Origin: Escherichia coli
GTDB taxonomy: Bacteria > Pseudomonadota > Gammaproteobacteria > Enterobacterales > Enterobacteriaceae
Assembly: GCF_050320075.1 (NCBI RefSeq)
Contig: NZ_CP190022.1
Reading direction: 5' to 3' (one strand)
Length of the DNA stretch: 64,000 nucleotides
The notes beneath the pieces were generated by a model. It was not told the origin of the DNA. It saw only the letters and a program-made list of their open reading frames with translations, and did not search any database. Both the position numbers and the translations under genes were made by a program. Position 1 is the stretch's first letter; every line of letters starts with the position of its first letter. This document shows positions 46,619-57,244 of the stretch, piece after piece.

Positions 46619-47314
46619 TCAGATTCCTGCTGCGGCGTTACGGGAAACCATCTGGCTGATTTCCATGCCGCCGGGTTTGATTCGTGGGTCCACGCGCCGG
46701 ACAGTGATTTCAAAGGTGAAGGCCTGCTCGGGGCGGGTGCTGGTCTGACCGACCAGACGCATCCTGACCGGATACTGGAATTTCCAGAACCAGATGCCGT
46801 TTTCCATCTGCCCCTGATTCACCAGCGTGCCGGCCCCGATAGTGGTTGTGAGGTTAAATTTCTCCTTTTTAATGGTGTCCAGAATGTTGGAGGCCTGAAG
46901 AGCATTCACATAGCCGGCAAAACCGGCTTCGGAAAAGCGTGGAGCCAGTGTCGTGATTTGTTTCCTGTAGTGGACAAAATCCAGATTAAAAGCTTCGCTC
47001 AGCGTCATGCTGCCAAACGTCATGACGTCGCTCTGACTCCAGGCTGGCTGACTGGTGGGGGCCAGGCGGACCAGCCGGCCATTGTCGGTGGCAAAGTATT
47101 CGCGCGTCACGTCGGTGGCATGCCAGTACTGTATGATATTGCCGGTCAGACTGATGACGAGAGCTGCGCTGCTACACAGCAAGGCCCTGACCAGTCCGGG
47201 AACCAGTGCGGCCCGTTGTTCTGACTGTGCGATGGTTCTGAGCACGGGGTTATAAATATCTCCGCTGTTATCCGCTTCCGGTGAGACAGGGGAGGTGGGT
47301 TGTGCTTCGCTCAT
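46619..47314 (-). CDS. traM: Bitopic inner-membrane protein TraM (DotI/IcmL-like)
   Basis: 231-aa, one TM helix then periplasmic domain; AGGAG RBS. Confidence 0.55.
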   Translation of the reverse strand: MSEAQPTSPVSPEADNSGDIYNPVLRTIAQSEQRAALVPGLVRALLCSSAALVISLTGNIIQYWHATDVTREYFATDNGRLVRLAPTSQPAWSQSDVMTFGSMTLSEAFNLDFVHYRKQITTLAPRFSEAGFAGYVNALQASNILDTIKKEKFNLTTTIGAGTLVNQGQMENGIWFWKFQYPVRMRLVGQTSTRPEQAFTFEITVRRVDPRIKPGGMEISQMVSRNAAAGI

Positions 47315-47325
47315 GGTGCTCCTGT

Positions 47326-47676
47326 TCAGAGGTTATAGTCTTTCCAGGGGTCGATATTCCCCGGCAGATGTTCATTCACCCGATCCACGACGGCATCACA
47401 GACCTGGTTTTCCAGGTCGCGGAGGAGTTTGTCCAGGCTGGGGAACTGCGGAAGAGTGATGCTGACGTCCTTGATGCGGGACAGGCAGGACTGCAGGGAA
47501 GAGGCGACGTCATTCTCCCGCTGTGACCATGCCTGGCTGGCTGTGCGCGCCCGCTCCCAGGCGGCTCTGCTGCCGGCTTCGGCAGCGGCCCCCGCCCGGC
47601 AGGTGGCGGCACCTGCCACCGGTGATGCCAGGGTGATGCCGGTCAGTATGACCAGCAGCGTTTTTTTCATGTTCAT
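47326..47676 (-). CDS. Small secreted/lipoprotein-like protein (position of traL); start at ATG 47676
   Basis: AAGGA RBS; signal peptide MNMKKTLLVILTGITLASPVAGAA; track ORF 47326-47847 overlaps the end of the primase gene. Confidence 0.5.
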   Translation of the reverse strand: MNMKKTLLVILTGITLASPVAGAATCRAGAAAEAGSRAAWERARTASQAWSQRENDVASSLQSCLSRIKDVSITLPQFPSLDKLLRDLENQVCDAVVDRVNEHLPGNIDPWKDYNL

Positions 47677-47692
47677 GGTCGTCCTTACCGGC

Positions 47693-50600
47693 TCATCGGC
47701 CGGGGCTGTGAGATTGTGCCTGTTGCAGAGTTTTTTCCTGCCTGTCCTCCGCCTTTTGGCTGTCAGACCACTCTTTCCAGGTCTGCTCAAAACCCAGAGA
47801 GCGGAAAAGCTTGTCCGGCTGCTCTTCCGGTTTATGGATGGCGGCAAACAACGGCGTATCCTGTTGCTTCAGGTGAAACTGCATCATTTGTGGGGCCGGA
47901 CGCTGATGAGTATTCTCATCGTGGTTGACAGCTTCACCGTAGCCGGCAAACTGCAGACCGTTATCCGTCAGTGCATTGATGACCAGCTGACGGTTGTTTG
48001 TTGTCGGGGTGGCCAGTGCCGGGTAGAGGGTGCCGTTCAGACGGACCACTCCCTGCAGATGCTCATCTGCGCTGTGGACCAGCAGAAGATTCAACTGACG
48101 ATTGTCCTTATCGGCGGAGGCGACGGCAGGAATCAGTTCATCGGGGGCTTTACCAGCGAGGGGGAGTCGCATTGATTGATCCTGAGGTTCTGATGCCGGT
48201 TGTCTGTCCTCACCAATGTACAGATTATTGGGAGGATTTTTGGGGGAACGAACTTCCTGCATTATCTGTGGCCAGTGTTGCTGCATTTGTGACATTACCT
48301 GACTGAATGTTTTCATCGGAAATTCCAGGATATGCTGACCAGCATGAGGAAGGTCATTATCGACGGTAATGCCGTTACTGACAGGAGTCATGGCCCAGAT
48401 ATTTCGCACCCATTCCGGTTTGCCCGGTGATGAAGGTAATCTCTCCCGGGCCTGCAATGTCAGCGTGACGGGGTCGCCTTTCTGGTGGTTTTTGACCAGT
48501 TCTTCCAGGCCTTTTCCCCAGTATTCCCGTTTGCCACTGCGGTTGGTGAGCTCCACAAAAAAGCAGCGCCCTTTTCCGGGCGCATACTCTTTTTCTCCGT
48601 AGTTTGTCAGGACGGCAGTCACACTTTCACCGGGGCTGAGCTTGCCGGGCGGCTCTTCCTCCGGTGTGTCGGGTTGCTGCGGCTGTGCACTGACAGGGGC
48701 TTTTTCTGGCGCTGACGACGGGGCGGCTGGTTGTTCCGGTCTGTCGGCCCGGGGGGCTTCAGCTTTTGCCGTGACCGGCGCTTCCGGATGCGGTGTTTCA
48801 GCCGTACTGCCTGCTGTTTGTTCAGCCTCTGCCTTCGGTGACACAGGGGGTTCCGGTTGTGCCATTGTTGTTTCTTCCGGTGACTGGCGGTTGAGTTCCG
48901 GCGTGGGTCTGTGGGTGACAATGGCATCATGCACCATCTCTTTTTCCTTGCGGAGTTTTTCCAGTGCTGCCCTCTGGGCCGGGAGTTTCATGCGAACCTT
49001 GATGTCGTATTCGACAATCAGCTGCATGGCTTTTTGTTTAAAGGCATCACTGCCGGTCAGCTCGATAACGCCGCCATAGAAGTTGGTGGCCACAGCAAGG
49101 GCAGCCAGAACCTTTTTGTCATCCGCGCTGGCACCATCCACCATTTCGAGACAATAGAGTCTGTCCAGGAAGGCTGGTTCGCCGTCAACACGGAAGAGCG
49201 CTGTCCTGTCGGGAAACTCTTCGTGCTCAAGATTTTTAATAATCTCGTCCAGGTTGTGCCGCTGCGGACTGTCGGGACGGCGGGGCGCAAAGATAATCGT
49301 GTCCGGTTCCGCTGACGATGTGTCTTCCGGGCTGTTTTCCGGTGGTGATGGTGGTGCGACCTCCTCTGTTGCTGTTTCAGCCTCCGTGGGCTTTTTCTCC
49401 TGAATAACGGAAGGTTCTGAGGTACGTGATTTCCCACCGGTCAGAAAACGGCGCAGACGGCTGAAAAGCGATGGCGTTTCAGGGTGGGCTGCTTCATTCG
49501 CTGTGCTGGTCTCAGTGGCAGACACAGGACGCTCTTCCTGCAGTTTATCTTCAGCCGTCGGTTCAGCGGTGGCCTGCCGGACTGGCTGAGTTTCTGCAGG
49601 TTCAGAAGGTGAGGCTGTTTCTGCTGTGCCGGTGTTGTGAACAGCAACCGTGGCATCGGCATTGAGCTCCTCAGCGGGTGCGTTCCTGTTGTCATCGGTG
49701 ATGTCAGAGGAGTTCTCTGCGCCGGTCTCAGCGGCAGACGCAACGCTCTTTTCCTGTGCTTTATCTTCTGCCGTCAGTTCAGTGGTCACCTGCTGAACTG
49801 GCCGCATCCCGGCCGGTTCAGAAACTGTGTTTGTCTCCGCGTTGTCGGTGTTGTGAACAGTGGGGGCCCCCGGAGTGTCAGCGTTGAGATCTTCCGCAAA
49901 TGCGCTCCAGTCGTCAGCGGTGGCCATGGAGACCTGCACTTGTTCTTCAGACTGCGTTGTGGTGGAGTGCTGTATCCCGGCCGCGTCGGAGAGGGAGGTT
50001 TCCGGTGTGTCTTCACTCCGGGGATGTTCTTCTGCCTGCGTGCTCTGGTTGTCAGCGGTGGTGGCAGAGGCTTTTTCTTCACCGGTATCAGCGGTAGCCA
50101 CAGAGGCATTTTCTTCCCTGGTATCGGCAGCGGAAACAACGTTCTCGTGTGGTTTATCTTCTGCGGTCGGTTCAGTGGTTGCCTGCTGCACGGACTGCAT
50201 CCCGGCAGGTTCAGGAAGCGTTCCTGTTTCTGCTGTGTTGGTGTTGTGAGCGGTGTCTGTACCTGTGGCGTCTGTATTGAGGTCTTCCTGGTCGCCAGCG
50301 GTAGCCGCAGAGGTATTCTCTGTGCCGGTATCAGCGGCAGACGCAATATTCTCCAGTGGTTTATCCGGGGATAACGTCTCCGTAGTTACTGACTGCAGGG
50401 ATGCATAGGCGGCATAGTCATCTTCATATGCCTGGTTTTCTGTCTCTTCAGTGTGGATGTCATAAGGCGTATCCGGTGTCGCCAGCACCGTTTCCGGGGC
50501 TGTGCTCTGTTTGTTTTCAGGGGACATTTGTGGCTTCTCATCTTTTACCGGTGTGAATATCAGGTTGCCGATCACGACAGCTTCACGGTGGTCGGCAGTG

Positions 50601-51754
50601 TCACTGTTGGGTGTGGGGATACCGATATGTTTTAACTGTGCGTTCATGACATGCTGAAAGTCGTCCCGTCCCCGGCTGGCGTCCAGGTCATTGAAATCGG
50701 TCAGTCCCTGTGCTTTTTCCTCCTCCGTAAAGGCCGGAATAATGACTTCGCCATTCGTGACTTCTGCGGCTTTTGTTGCACTAAAAACCCCCTTGTTAAT
50801 TTCCCGTTGATGATCGTTGTCGGCACAGAAGACAAAGGGGCTGTCAGTCCAGATTTGGCGGGCATTTTCTGCCACGGCAATCATATTGCCGGCATCAACT
50901 GTCATCAGAACCGGAAGGCCGGTGGCTTCGTGCAGGGAGGCGGCAGTAGCGTAACCTTCCGCAAATAACAGGGGACGGCCATTTTCCGGGGTTCCGAAGG
51001 TGAACCAGTTGCCGGTTTTCTCGGAGTCTTTCAGAATGCGGGCATCCTTCCCGCCGGTGACCGGAATACGCTGGTACGAACGTATTTCCCCCCGGCCGTT
51101 GCTGAAGGGAATAACCAGCTCATTTTTATTGTTCAGCCGCACGCCAGGCGCGGCCCGGATGCCCTTGCGCGTCAGGTATTCATGTGCTGTTGCCTGTGGC
51201 AACCCGTTAATATAGGAGCGGGCATACCGGGCCTGTTTGTTGTACTGTTGCTGCAGTTTACGTGCGTTATCATCGCGCTGTTGCTGAGCGAATGCCCGCA
51301 GATGCAGTCTGGCCAGAGGATCGTGTTGTTCTCCGCCGGAAAATACCCAGTTTGTGGGACTGTCATCGGCGCTCCGGTAGTCGCGGTACCAGCCAGCGGG
51401 GCGCCCATCAAGATAGGCTTTGTATGCGCCACTTTTGGCCCCTTTTTTGTCATCCCGGGTGGCGACTCTGTGTATGGCGCCATCCATCTGTGGCAATCCC
51501 TGAATAACCAGCCCGGCGTTTTCCAGGACCTGAGCAAATTCGGTGACCGGATCGCCGGCATCCATCGACAGTTCCTGCGGCCGGGGTAACCAGCGCTCCA
51601 GCAGAGAAAGTTCGGTACCTGCCCGGGCATACCAGAGTTTTTTTTCTGGATCCCATGCGACAGCTTTGCGGCCATTTAACGGGGGTACTGCATTTTTTAC
51701 GGCTTCTGTCTCCTCAGGCGGGACAGCAAGCCAGGTACGATATCTGGACTTCAT
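47693..51754 (-). CDS. sog: Conjugative DNA primase Sog (Toprim-type primase N-domain, repetitive acidic linker, C-terminal domain)
   Basis: 1353-aa product; N-terminal region has primase/Toprim motifs (EGYATAASL ... FCADNDH); lies between the traK-like and traL-like genes as in IncI-type systems. Confidence 0.75.
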   Translation of the reverse strand: MKSRYRTWLAVPPEETEAVKNAVPPLNGRKAVAWDPEKKLWYARAGTELSLLERWLPRPQELSMDAGDPVTEFAQVLENAGLVIQGLPQMDGAIHRVATRDDKKGAKSGAYKAYLDGRPAGWYRDYRSADDSPTNWVFSGGEQHDPLARLHLRAFAQQQRDDNARKLQQQYNKQARYARSYINGLPQATAHEYLTRKGIRAAPGVRLNNKNELVIPFSNGRGEIRSYQRIPVTGGKDARILKDSEKTGNWFTFGTPENGRPLLFAEGYATAASLHEATGLPVLMTVDAGNMIAVAENARQIWTDSPFVFCADNDHQREINKGVFSATKAAEVTNGEVIIPAFTEEEKAQGLTDFNDLDASRGRDDFQHVMNAQLKHIGIPTPNSDTADHREAVVIGNLIFTPVKDEKPQMSPENKQSTAPETVLATPDTPYDIHTEETENQAYEDDYAAYASLQSVTTETLSPDKPLENIASAADTGTENTSAATAGDQEDLNTDATGTDTAHNTNTAETGTLPEPAGMQSVQQATTEPTAEDKPHENVVSAADTREENASVATADTGEEKASATTADNQSTQAEEHPRSEDTPETSLSDAAGIQHSTTTQSEEQVQVSMATADDWSAFAEDLNADTPGAPTVHNTDNAETNTVSEPAGMRPVQQVTTELTAEDKAQEKSVASAAETGAENSSDITDDNRNAPAEELNADATVAVHNTGTAETASPSEPAETQPVRQATAEPTAEDKLQEERPVSATETSTANEAAHPETPSLFSRLRRFLTGGKSRTSEPSVIQEKKPTEAETATEEVAPPSPPENSPEDTSSAEPDTIIFAPRRPDSPQRHNLDEIIKNLEHEEFPDRTALFRVDGEPAFLDRLYCLEMVDGASADDKKVLAALAVATNFYGGVIELTGSDAFKQKAMQLIVEYDIKVRMKLPAQRAALEKLRKEKEMVHDAIVTHRPTPELNRQSPEETTMAQPEPPVSPKAEAEQTAGSTAETPHPEAPVTAKAEAPRADRPEQPAAPSSAPEKAPVSAQPQQPDTPEEEPPGKLSPGESVTAVLTNYGEKEYAPGKGRCFFVELTNRSGKREYWGKGLEELVKNHQKGDPVTLTLQARERLPSSPGKPEWVRNIWAMTPVSNGITVDNDLPHAGQHILEFPMKTFSQVMSQMQQHWPQIMQEVRSPKNPPNNLYIGEDRQPASEPQDQSMRLPLAGKAPDELIPAVASADKDNRQLNLLLVHSADEHLQGVVRLNGTLYPALATPTTNNRQLVINALTDNGLQFAGYGEAVNHDENTHQRPAPQMMQFHLKQQDTPLFAAIHKPEEQPDKLFRSLGFEQTWKEWSDSQKAEDRQEKTLQQAQSHSPGR
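49480..50390 (-). repeat. Imperfect long tandem repeats inside sog (acidic Thr/Ala/Glu-rich linker)
   Basis: At least three copies of a block encoding AETxTxxEPAxxxPVxQxTTEPTAEDKxxE visible in DNA and protein; boundaries approximate. Confidence 0.6.
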
Positions 51755-51817
51755 GTCGTTCTCCGGGGATTAAAGATGAGGGCGTTGTGATACGCCGGGA
51801 TGATGGACAAAAGAGGG

Positions 51818-52108
51818 CTATTCTGGTCCGTGCCATTCACGGGGTAATTCTGTGCGGTGTCGGTACCACCAGGGACGTCCTGATGCCTGCTTACCCTGAA
51901 GCAGGCTGTACAGACGTATACAGAGGGTGCGGACTGTCCAGCCGGAATATCCCAGGAGCATAAAAAACAGCAGAATGCCGCTGCACACCCAGAATGTCGT
52001 TTTTGACGGATACGGAAACAACAGCAGGTAAATCATGGTAAACGGCAGGGGGACACCATAAATGTTGAGCGGTGGAGTTACATCCCGCCAGAAGCCTTCG
52101 CGTTTCAT
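51818..52108 (-). CDS. Small membrane protein (position of traK, IcmT-like)
   Basis: 96-aa hydrophobic ORF downstream of the ATPase gene. Confidence 0.5.
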   Translation of the reverse strand: MKREGFWRDVTPPLNIYGVPLPFTMIYLLLFPYPSKTTFWVCSGILLFFMLLGYSGWTVRTLCIRLYSLLQGKQASGRPWWYRHRTELPREWHGPE

Positions 52109-53253
52109 CGGGGGAACTCTCCGGCCGGGATGAAGAGCGCTGCTTCTGATTTCTCAATGCGGTCGTTCTGATACATGGTCAGAACCTGATCCCTTATCCG
52201 CCGTTTTTCCTGACGAATGATTTCGTCAATGTAATGTCCCCATGTTGCATGGGATTGTCCGGAGAGCGTATTGCGCAGTTCGTCAGTCATGACGATGTAT
52301 TCCCGGACAGCCTGCCTGCCGCCGTCATTTGTTCTGACCAGTACCTGCACCAGAATGAACTGTACGAGGGAAAGCGTGGCTGCAGCCATCGAATCCCTGA
52401 TTTCAGGAGGAAACAATCCCAGCAGGCGGGCAAAGGTTTCTCCGGGTGATTTTGTGTGCATGGTGCCGATACAAAAGTGTCCGGTATTACCCGCCTGGAC
52501 TGCGGCATCTGCTGTTTCATAATCCCTGATTTCACCGATACCAATGATGTCCGGATTACGGCGAACGGCAGAGCGAAGTCCTGCAGCAAAACTTTCCACA
52601 TCGCGCCCGATTTCGGCCTGATGGGGAGGCAGAAGGTCATTCTCTCCGCCCAGAATGTATTCCACCGGATCTTCATAGGTCACTATTTTGCGATCGTGGA
52701 AATTTTTCAGAATGTGGCGATACAGTGCCGCCGCCAGTGTGGATTTCCCGGAGCCGGTTTCTCCGCAGATGAATCCCAGGCCGGTTTTTCTGAGCATGGC
52801 ATCCAGCAGATCCGGTTCAATATTCATAGTGAGGATGTCCGGAATATCTGACGGGATCACCCGCATGGTGACGGAAATGGCTTTTTCTTCTGTTGCCGAT
52901 GTTCCCTGTATCAGGTGGCAGCGCAGGCGAACACGCTGACCTCGTTGCAGGCCATAGCGACCGGAGGCATCTCCGCTGACCTGAATGGTACGATCCACGG
53001 GATGACCTGACAGAACCCGGGGAAGAACCTCCCGCCCAAACAGCTCATCACTCAGTGCCATCATGATGGAGGACGGAAGGGGATTTACGGATGAGCGAAC
53101 CCGCCGTCCAAAGCGACTGACGGATACCGGTGAACCGCCGGTCAGATCAATATCACTGACGCGGTGGCGGGCACACCAGGCAAAAAAATGGCGAAACTCT
53201 TCTGCCGTAAAACGGGAGAAGGGGAAGGTACCGAAGTCATCTGGTGATATCAT
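52105..53253 (-). CDS. traJ: Secretion ATPase TraJ (DotB / PilT / VirB11 family)
   Basis: Walker A GETGSGKST plus downstream Asp/His boxes; ATG 53253 (MISPDDF...) preferred over track start 53316. Confidence 0.8.
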   Translation of the reverse strand: MISPDDFGTFPFSRFTAEEFRHFFAWCARHRVSDIDLTGGSPVSVSRFGRRVRSSVNPLPSSIMMALSDELFGREVLPRVLSGHPVDRTIQVSGDASGRYGLQRGQRVRLRCHLIQGTSATEEKAISVTMRVIPSDIPDILTMNIEPDLLDAMLRKTGLGFICGETGSGKSTLAAALYRHILKNFHDRKIVTYEDPVEYILGGENDLLPPHQAEIGRDVESFAAGLRSAVRRNPDIIGIGEIRDYETADAAVQAGNTGHFCIGTMHTKSPGETFARLLGLFPPEIRDSMAAATLSLVQFILVQVLVRTNDGGRQAVREYIVMTDELRNTLSGQSHATWGHYIDEIIRQEKRRIRDQVLTMYQNDRIEKSEAALFIPAGEFPR

Positions 53254-54073
53254 TTTTCTCTCCTTCGGTGCTGACAAGAGGGCGCCAGCGCGATTTCTGC
53301 AGCGTAAATTCAGCATGTGTTTTCAGGCGGCGGACGCGATCGCCAGTGATGAGTTTTTGCCCGTTGCCGGTAACCGTCTGCATCTGCTCTGTGACATCTG
53401 GACGTGTGATCATGCCCTGACGCCACAGAAGGGCGTAAAGCATCATGCCCCGGTAATCACGGGTCAGGCGCTTCTGATTAGCTTCCAGTGTGAGATCTGC
53501 GTTGAGGCGCCCTTCCTGCCATCCCTGACGTAAGGCGTTTTCCCATAGTCTGCGTTGTGCCCGGTCTTCCGGCACAACCCGGCCTTCAGTGCCTGGTGTG
53601 GCGGTGGTTGAGAGTCCTTTCAGCAGCCAGTCACGCCATCCAGGAGGATTACTGACAAAGCGTTCCGGGCGGAGGATAGTCCAGACACGGGAGGCTGTTC
53701 TTATCTGGTCCGGTCTGATGTGTGCAACATCCTGCGCTTCATCGATAACAGGAGGCAGCCAGCCTTCCTTGCTGATGAGAGGCCGGAAATCATACAGGGC
53801 ATTCAGGGTACTTTCCCGGGCATTCAGTGCCTGAATCAGTTCCCATGAGCGCTGTGCTTTTCCACCACGGAATCCCAGCGTTCTGCCGGCATCCGTGAGC
53901 ATCTGACGACGGGTATCTGAAATACCATCATCCTGGTTGCCGGAGGGCGTCAGCCATGCACGGATATCCGGGGGCGGTGCGTTTTCTGTCATGACGGCAG
54001 AAGAACGGTGATGCTGTCCGGCACAGCCTGTAAGCAGGAGAGCAGACAGCAGGAGACACAGGTGTGTTTTCAT
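53237..54073 (-). CDS. traI: Outer-membrane lipoprotein TraI (DotC-like)
   Basis: Lipoprotein signal MKTHLCLLLSALLLTGC; size and position as DotC-like TraI. Confidence 0.65.
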   Translation of the reverse strand: MKTHLCLLLSALLLTGCAGQHHRSSAVMTENAPPPDIRAWLTPSGNQDDGISDTRRQMLTDAGRTLGFRGGKAQRSWELIQALNARESTLNALYDFRPLISKEGWLPPVIDEAQDVAHIRPDQIRTASRVWTILRPERFVSNPPGWRDWLLKGLSTTATPGTEGRVVPEDRAQRRLWENALRQGWQEGRLNADLTLEANQKRLTRDYRGMMLYALLWRQGMITRPDVTEQMQTVTGNGQKLITGDRVRRLKTHAEFTLQKSRWRPLVSTEGEKNDITR

Positions 54074-54522
54074 TTTTTCTCCGGCGTCATAAAAGACAGA
54101 TGTAAACGCCCGGCTGACTGCGAGAGTGTTGCCCGCCAGGCAGTCTGGGCTTCAGTGAGACGAAGGACATCAGCAAAGGTCATGTCGCGGACGTGCAGTG
54201 AGACGGGTAAGGGGAGACGGACGCCGCTGTAGCTGAACTGCTGGCCGCGCAGACGGGCCAGTTCGTTGAGCAATTCCAGGGCATCGCCTTCCCAGTCAAA
54301 GGAAACACGGTCGCTGTGAGCCTTCAGACTGCCGCCGGACTGACGCTCCGGAAGGGCTGCAGAGTAAATTCCCTGCCCCCATAGCTGATACTGCGCATGC
54401 CGGGCGACGGCGACATCAGAGGCAGCACCATACTTTCTGGTCGGAGCTGTATTATCCGGGGGGAGATGGCAGCCGTTCAGGCAGAGTACGGCGAGACATC
54501 CCGCAGGTATCATACGGTTCAT
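54070..54522 (-). CDS. traH: Lipoprotein TraH (DotD-like)
   Basis: Lipoprotein signal (LAVLCLNGC), 150 aa, overlapping stop/start with the downstream gene. Confidence 0.6.
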   Translation of the reverse strand: MNRMIPAGCLAVLCLNGCHLPPDNTAPTRKYGAASDVAVARHAQYQLWGQGIYSAALPERQSGGSLKAHSDRVSFDWEGDALELLNELARLRGQQFSYSGVRLPLPVSLHVRDMTFADVLRLTEAQTAWRATLSQSAGRLHLSFMTPEKK

Positions 54523-54880
54523 GGTGTATTTTTCCTGAGCAGTGAAAGAAGAAAGCGTTGTGGGGAGGATTTACTGGTTCGTGTTTTTGCTGAATGGCTG
54601 GAACACCTCAGAGGGTGACAGTGCTACCCGGATACAAATATCGTTTGCTATCACGATATTACATTCGTTAGCTGTCGGATCCCGGAACGGTTCCACCATA
54701 AAGGCTTTGTTTTCGATATGCGTTTTATTTTTGTTAAACATGCATTTCCTCATGCGAAAATGATATGTCAGATAACAGCCAGATCAGAGGCAGCACTACA
54801 GGTCTGGCTGTGTCGTTTGATGGTCGGAAAACGCGAGGATGCAGGTCTGGATACCCCGGTCAGTACCGGGGCAGAGATGA

Positions 54881-56083
54881 TCAGAATGTGAACTGCAGTT
54901 GTGCAACGGCACCGTAGTTGTTGTCTGTGCCTGCTATACCCGCCACATCAATATGGACGACATCAAATGGTGAGATACCCAGCCCGGCGGTGAACGCACT
55001 GTCATCATTGCTGGCCAGATTCTGGCGGTAGCCTGCACGTAACTGTGCCCATTTCCAGGCATTAAATTCAGCACCAATGGCAGCAAACTGACGTTTACTG
55101 TCTGATGTGAAGCCACTGGCCGGGGTCAGGTCAACATCCAGTGCTGTAGTGAACATGTCGTTGTGCCAGGAGACACCGGCAGTCACCTGCGGGCGGATCC
55201 TGAAAGTTTCAGTGACACCATGTACCTCTTTGGTCTCAATGCTGCGTGGGATCAGGTTCTGTGCGACCAGACCCAGCGTCCAGTTGTCATCCAGGTCCAT
55301 GCTGGCACCGATATCAGCGTTAATACCGTTTTGGGTGTTGTGGTAACGGTTACCTTTGAATGCGCTGCTGTCATAGTTTTTGATCAGCGTATTGTAGTTA
55401 AACAGGTCAACACGCTGGAATTTTGGTGTGAAGCCCAGTGACCATTTTTGTCCGGCCGTTTCCAGTTCAGTGGCCAGCGCAACGCCCACATCGGTGATCA
55501 GTGCGGCACGGGCAAAAGCCTGTGAGGTCAGTCTGTTTTTATCCACATCCTGGCTGCCACTGTCTGCAATGCTTTCCAGATAGTTCAGGTCGGCATCGCT
55601 GACTTTACCGTCGACGCTGACAGTCCCGAACGTTTTCAGCATCAGTGCAGCAGCGAGGGTATCACCGGGAAGGGCCGCCACAGCAGATGTTCCCACCTGT
55701 GCGTCAGCATGCGTGTGACGGAAGTCCTGAAGTCGCGTCTTCAGACGTGCAGCAGTCTGCGACACGTTGCTCTGACTGTCGATGGCACGATCAAAGGCTT
55801 TCCAGTCATCGCTGATTTTGTCGGCGTTGTCGGCGATATTACCCGGATCGGACAGCTGCGCACCCACGGACGGAAGCAGAAGACTGAAGTCATCTTTTGC
55901 ACCGGATTTTGTCAGCAGTGCCGGGTTTGCCAGTGGGGCCACACCATAGTGAGAGGAGGCTACCCCGGTTCCCCCCATTGCATCATTGCGGGCTTCAAAA
56001 TATGAAGTTGCGGCTGTTGAATTAAAGGAAAATAAAACAGCAGATGCGATGAGAGTTCGGGTAATGTGCATATTCATCATCAT
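54881..56083 (-). CDS. Secreted outer-membrane beta-barrel-like protein of the transfer region (start at ATG 56083)
   Basis: AGGAAA RBS; signal peptide MMMNMHITRTLIASAVLFSFNSTAA; Gly/Ala/Thr-rich with C-terminal aromatic residue (QLQFTF) typical of OMPs; hairpin terminator just downstream (about 54853-54875). Confidence 0.55.
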   Translation of the reverse strand: MMMNMHITRTLIASAVLFSFNSTAATSYFEARNDAMGGTGVASSHYGVAPLANPALLTKSGAKDDFSLLLPSVGAQLSDPGNIADNADKISDDWKAFDRAIDSQSNVSQTAARLKTRLQDFRHTHADAQVGTSAVAALPGDTLAAALMLKTFGTVSVDGKVSDADLNYLESIADSGSQDVDKNRLTSQAFARAALITDVGVALATELETAGQKWSLGFTPKFQRVDLFNYNTLIKNYDSSAFKGNRYHNTQNGINADIGASMDLDDNWTLGLVAQNLIPRSIETKEVHGVTETFRIRPQVTAGVSWHNDMFTTALDVDLTPASGFTSDSKRQFAAIGAEFNAWKWAQLRAGYRQNLASNDDSAFTAGLGISPFDVVHIDVAGIAGTDNNYGAVAQLQFTF

Positions 56084-56172
56084 TTCAGTTTCCTGGTTTG
56101 AGGTGTTTTGGGTACAGCAACGGTATGACACGACTGTGCCATTAAAAATTTACTGGTTTTTTCTCTGCGTTA

Positions 56173-56994
56173 TTACCAGGGTAATAACGGTATACTGAAT
56201 AACTCAGCAGGTAATATTTTTCCTGTCATCAGATATTCTGCCTGTGCCGGACGAAGCGTTACGGTCCGGACGGATGTCTTTGCATATAAATTGCGGGCAG
56301 TGTGAAACCAGTTTTCTTTTTCCTTATTCATTCTTACAGGTGATAAAGAAAGTACAGGATAAATGATGGCTTTATTAATTTCTTTTTTCTTGCGGAACAG
56401 TACACCGCAATATTCCTGTGAATGAACACCGGCAAAAGGAAAACTGTGCCAGATAATAATATCCACATTATCGCTGGCTGAAATAAGCTGGCAGAACGCA
56501 TCCTGTGTTGCTGGCCACTCACCGGCACGGCTTAAAGGATAACGTACCCTGCCGTTCAGCCATTCCGGGTTGAGATAAAACCAGTCAGCCAGAGCAGTCA
56601 GAATCTCTCCTGTCAGATAATCTGCGAGTTTGTCCGGGTCACGGAAAACGGCAGGACGGATATTCCAGGGAGCCAGTAACGTTGTCATCGTTGTTACGCA
56701 GACATCATGTGCCTGCATGATGTGTTCTGTCCGGCAGATAAGACGGTGAACGATGTTTTCAGCCGGGAGAAACATTTCAGTTAATGCATCTTCGACCAGG
56801 ATACGCGTCAGGTCGGATACAGAAAGGGAGAGTTGCTCGCTCATTATTCCGAGTGCTTCTCTGACGCCCTGCGGATAACGGATCTGCAGGGGAGTGGACT
56901 GCAACTGGCGGTTATTGAGCAGAGCTTCGCTAATCCGGGCCCTGTCAATGGAGAGCATCATGCGGGCAGCAATGCCTGTGCTGTTTGGTTTCAT
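56173..56994 (-). CDS. Transfer-region protein of unknown function (273 aa)
   Basis: ORF in operon context between the rci side and the OMP gene. Confidence 0.45.
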   Translation of the reverse strand: MKPNSTGIAARMMLSIDRARISEALLNNRQLQSTPLQIRYPQGVREALGIMSEQLSLSVSDLTRILVEDALTEMFLPAENIVHRLICRTEHIMQAHDVCVTTMTTLLAPWNIRPAVFRDPDKLADYLTGEILTALADWFYLNPEWLNGRVRYPLSRAGEWPATQDAFCQLISASDNVDIIIWHSFPFAGVHSQEYCGVLFRKKKEINKAIIYPVLSLSPVRMNKEKENWFHTARNLYAKTSVRTVTLRPAQAEYLMTGKILPAELFSIPLLPW

Positions 56995-57244
56995 TTCACC
57001 TCCGTGCGGTTCATATGTTAAGTCTAAAGAGCGTGTTTACTGAACGGAAACGAGTTATTTCGATCGTTATGATCGAGTGTGTTTCAAGAGTGCTTTTAAC
57101 TCTGTTTTAAGCGTGAATGAAAAGGATTCGGACAGGACGTGATTTAGCATGCCGCTGGTCTGGCATTATGCTGCAGAGCAGACGGAGTCAGGAGATTGAA
57201 GGGCGGTACAGTCTGCGAAGACTGGACACGGGGTGTGTCGGGAA

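Noticed and set aside
49637-50374. 245-aa + strand ORF and neighbours inside sog
   Set aside because: Antisense to the repetitive linker of the primase gene; Cys/Gly/Arg-rich repeat translation, no RBS.
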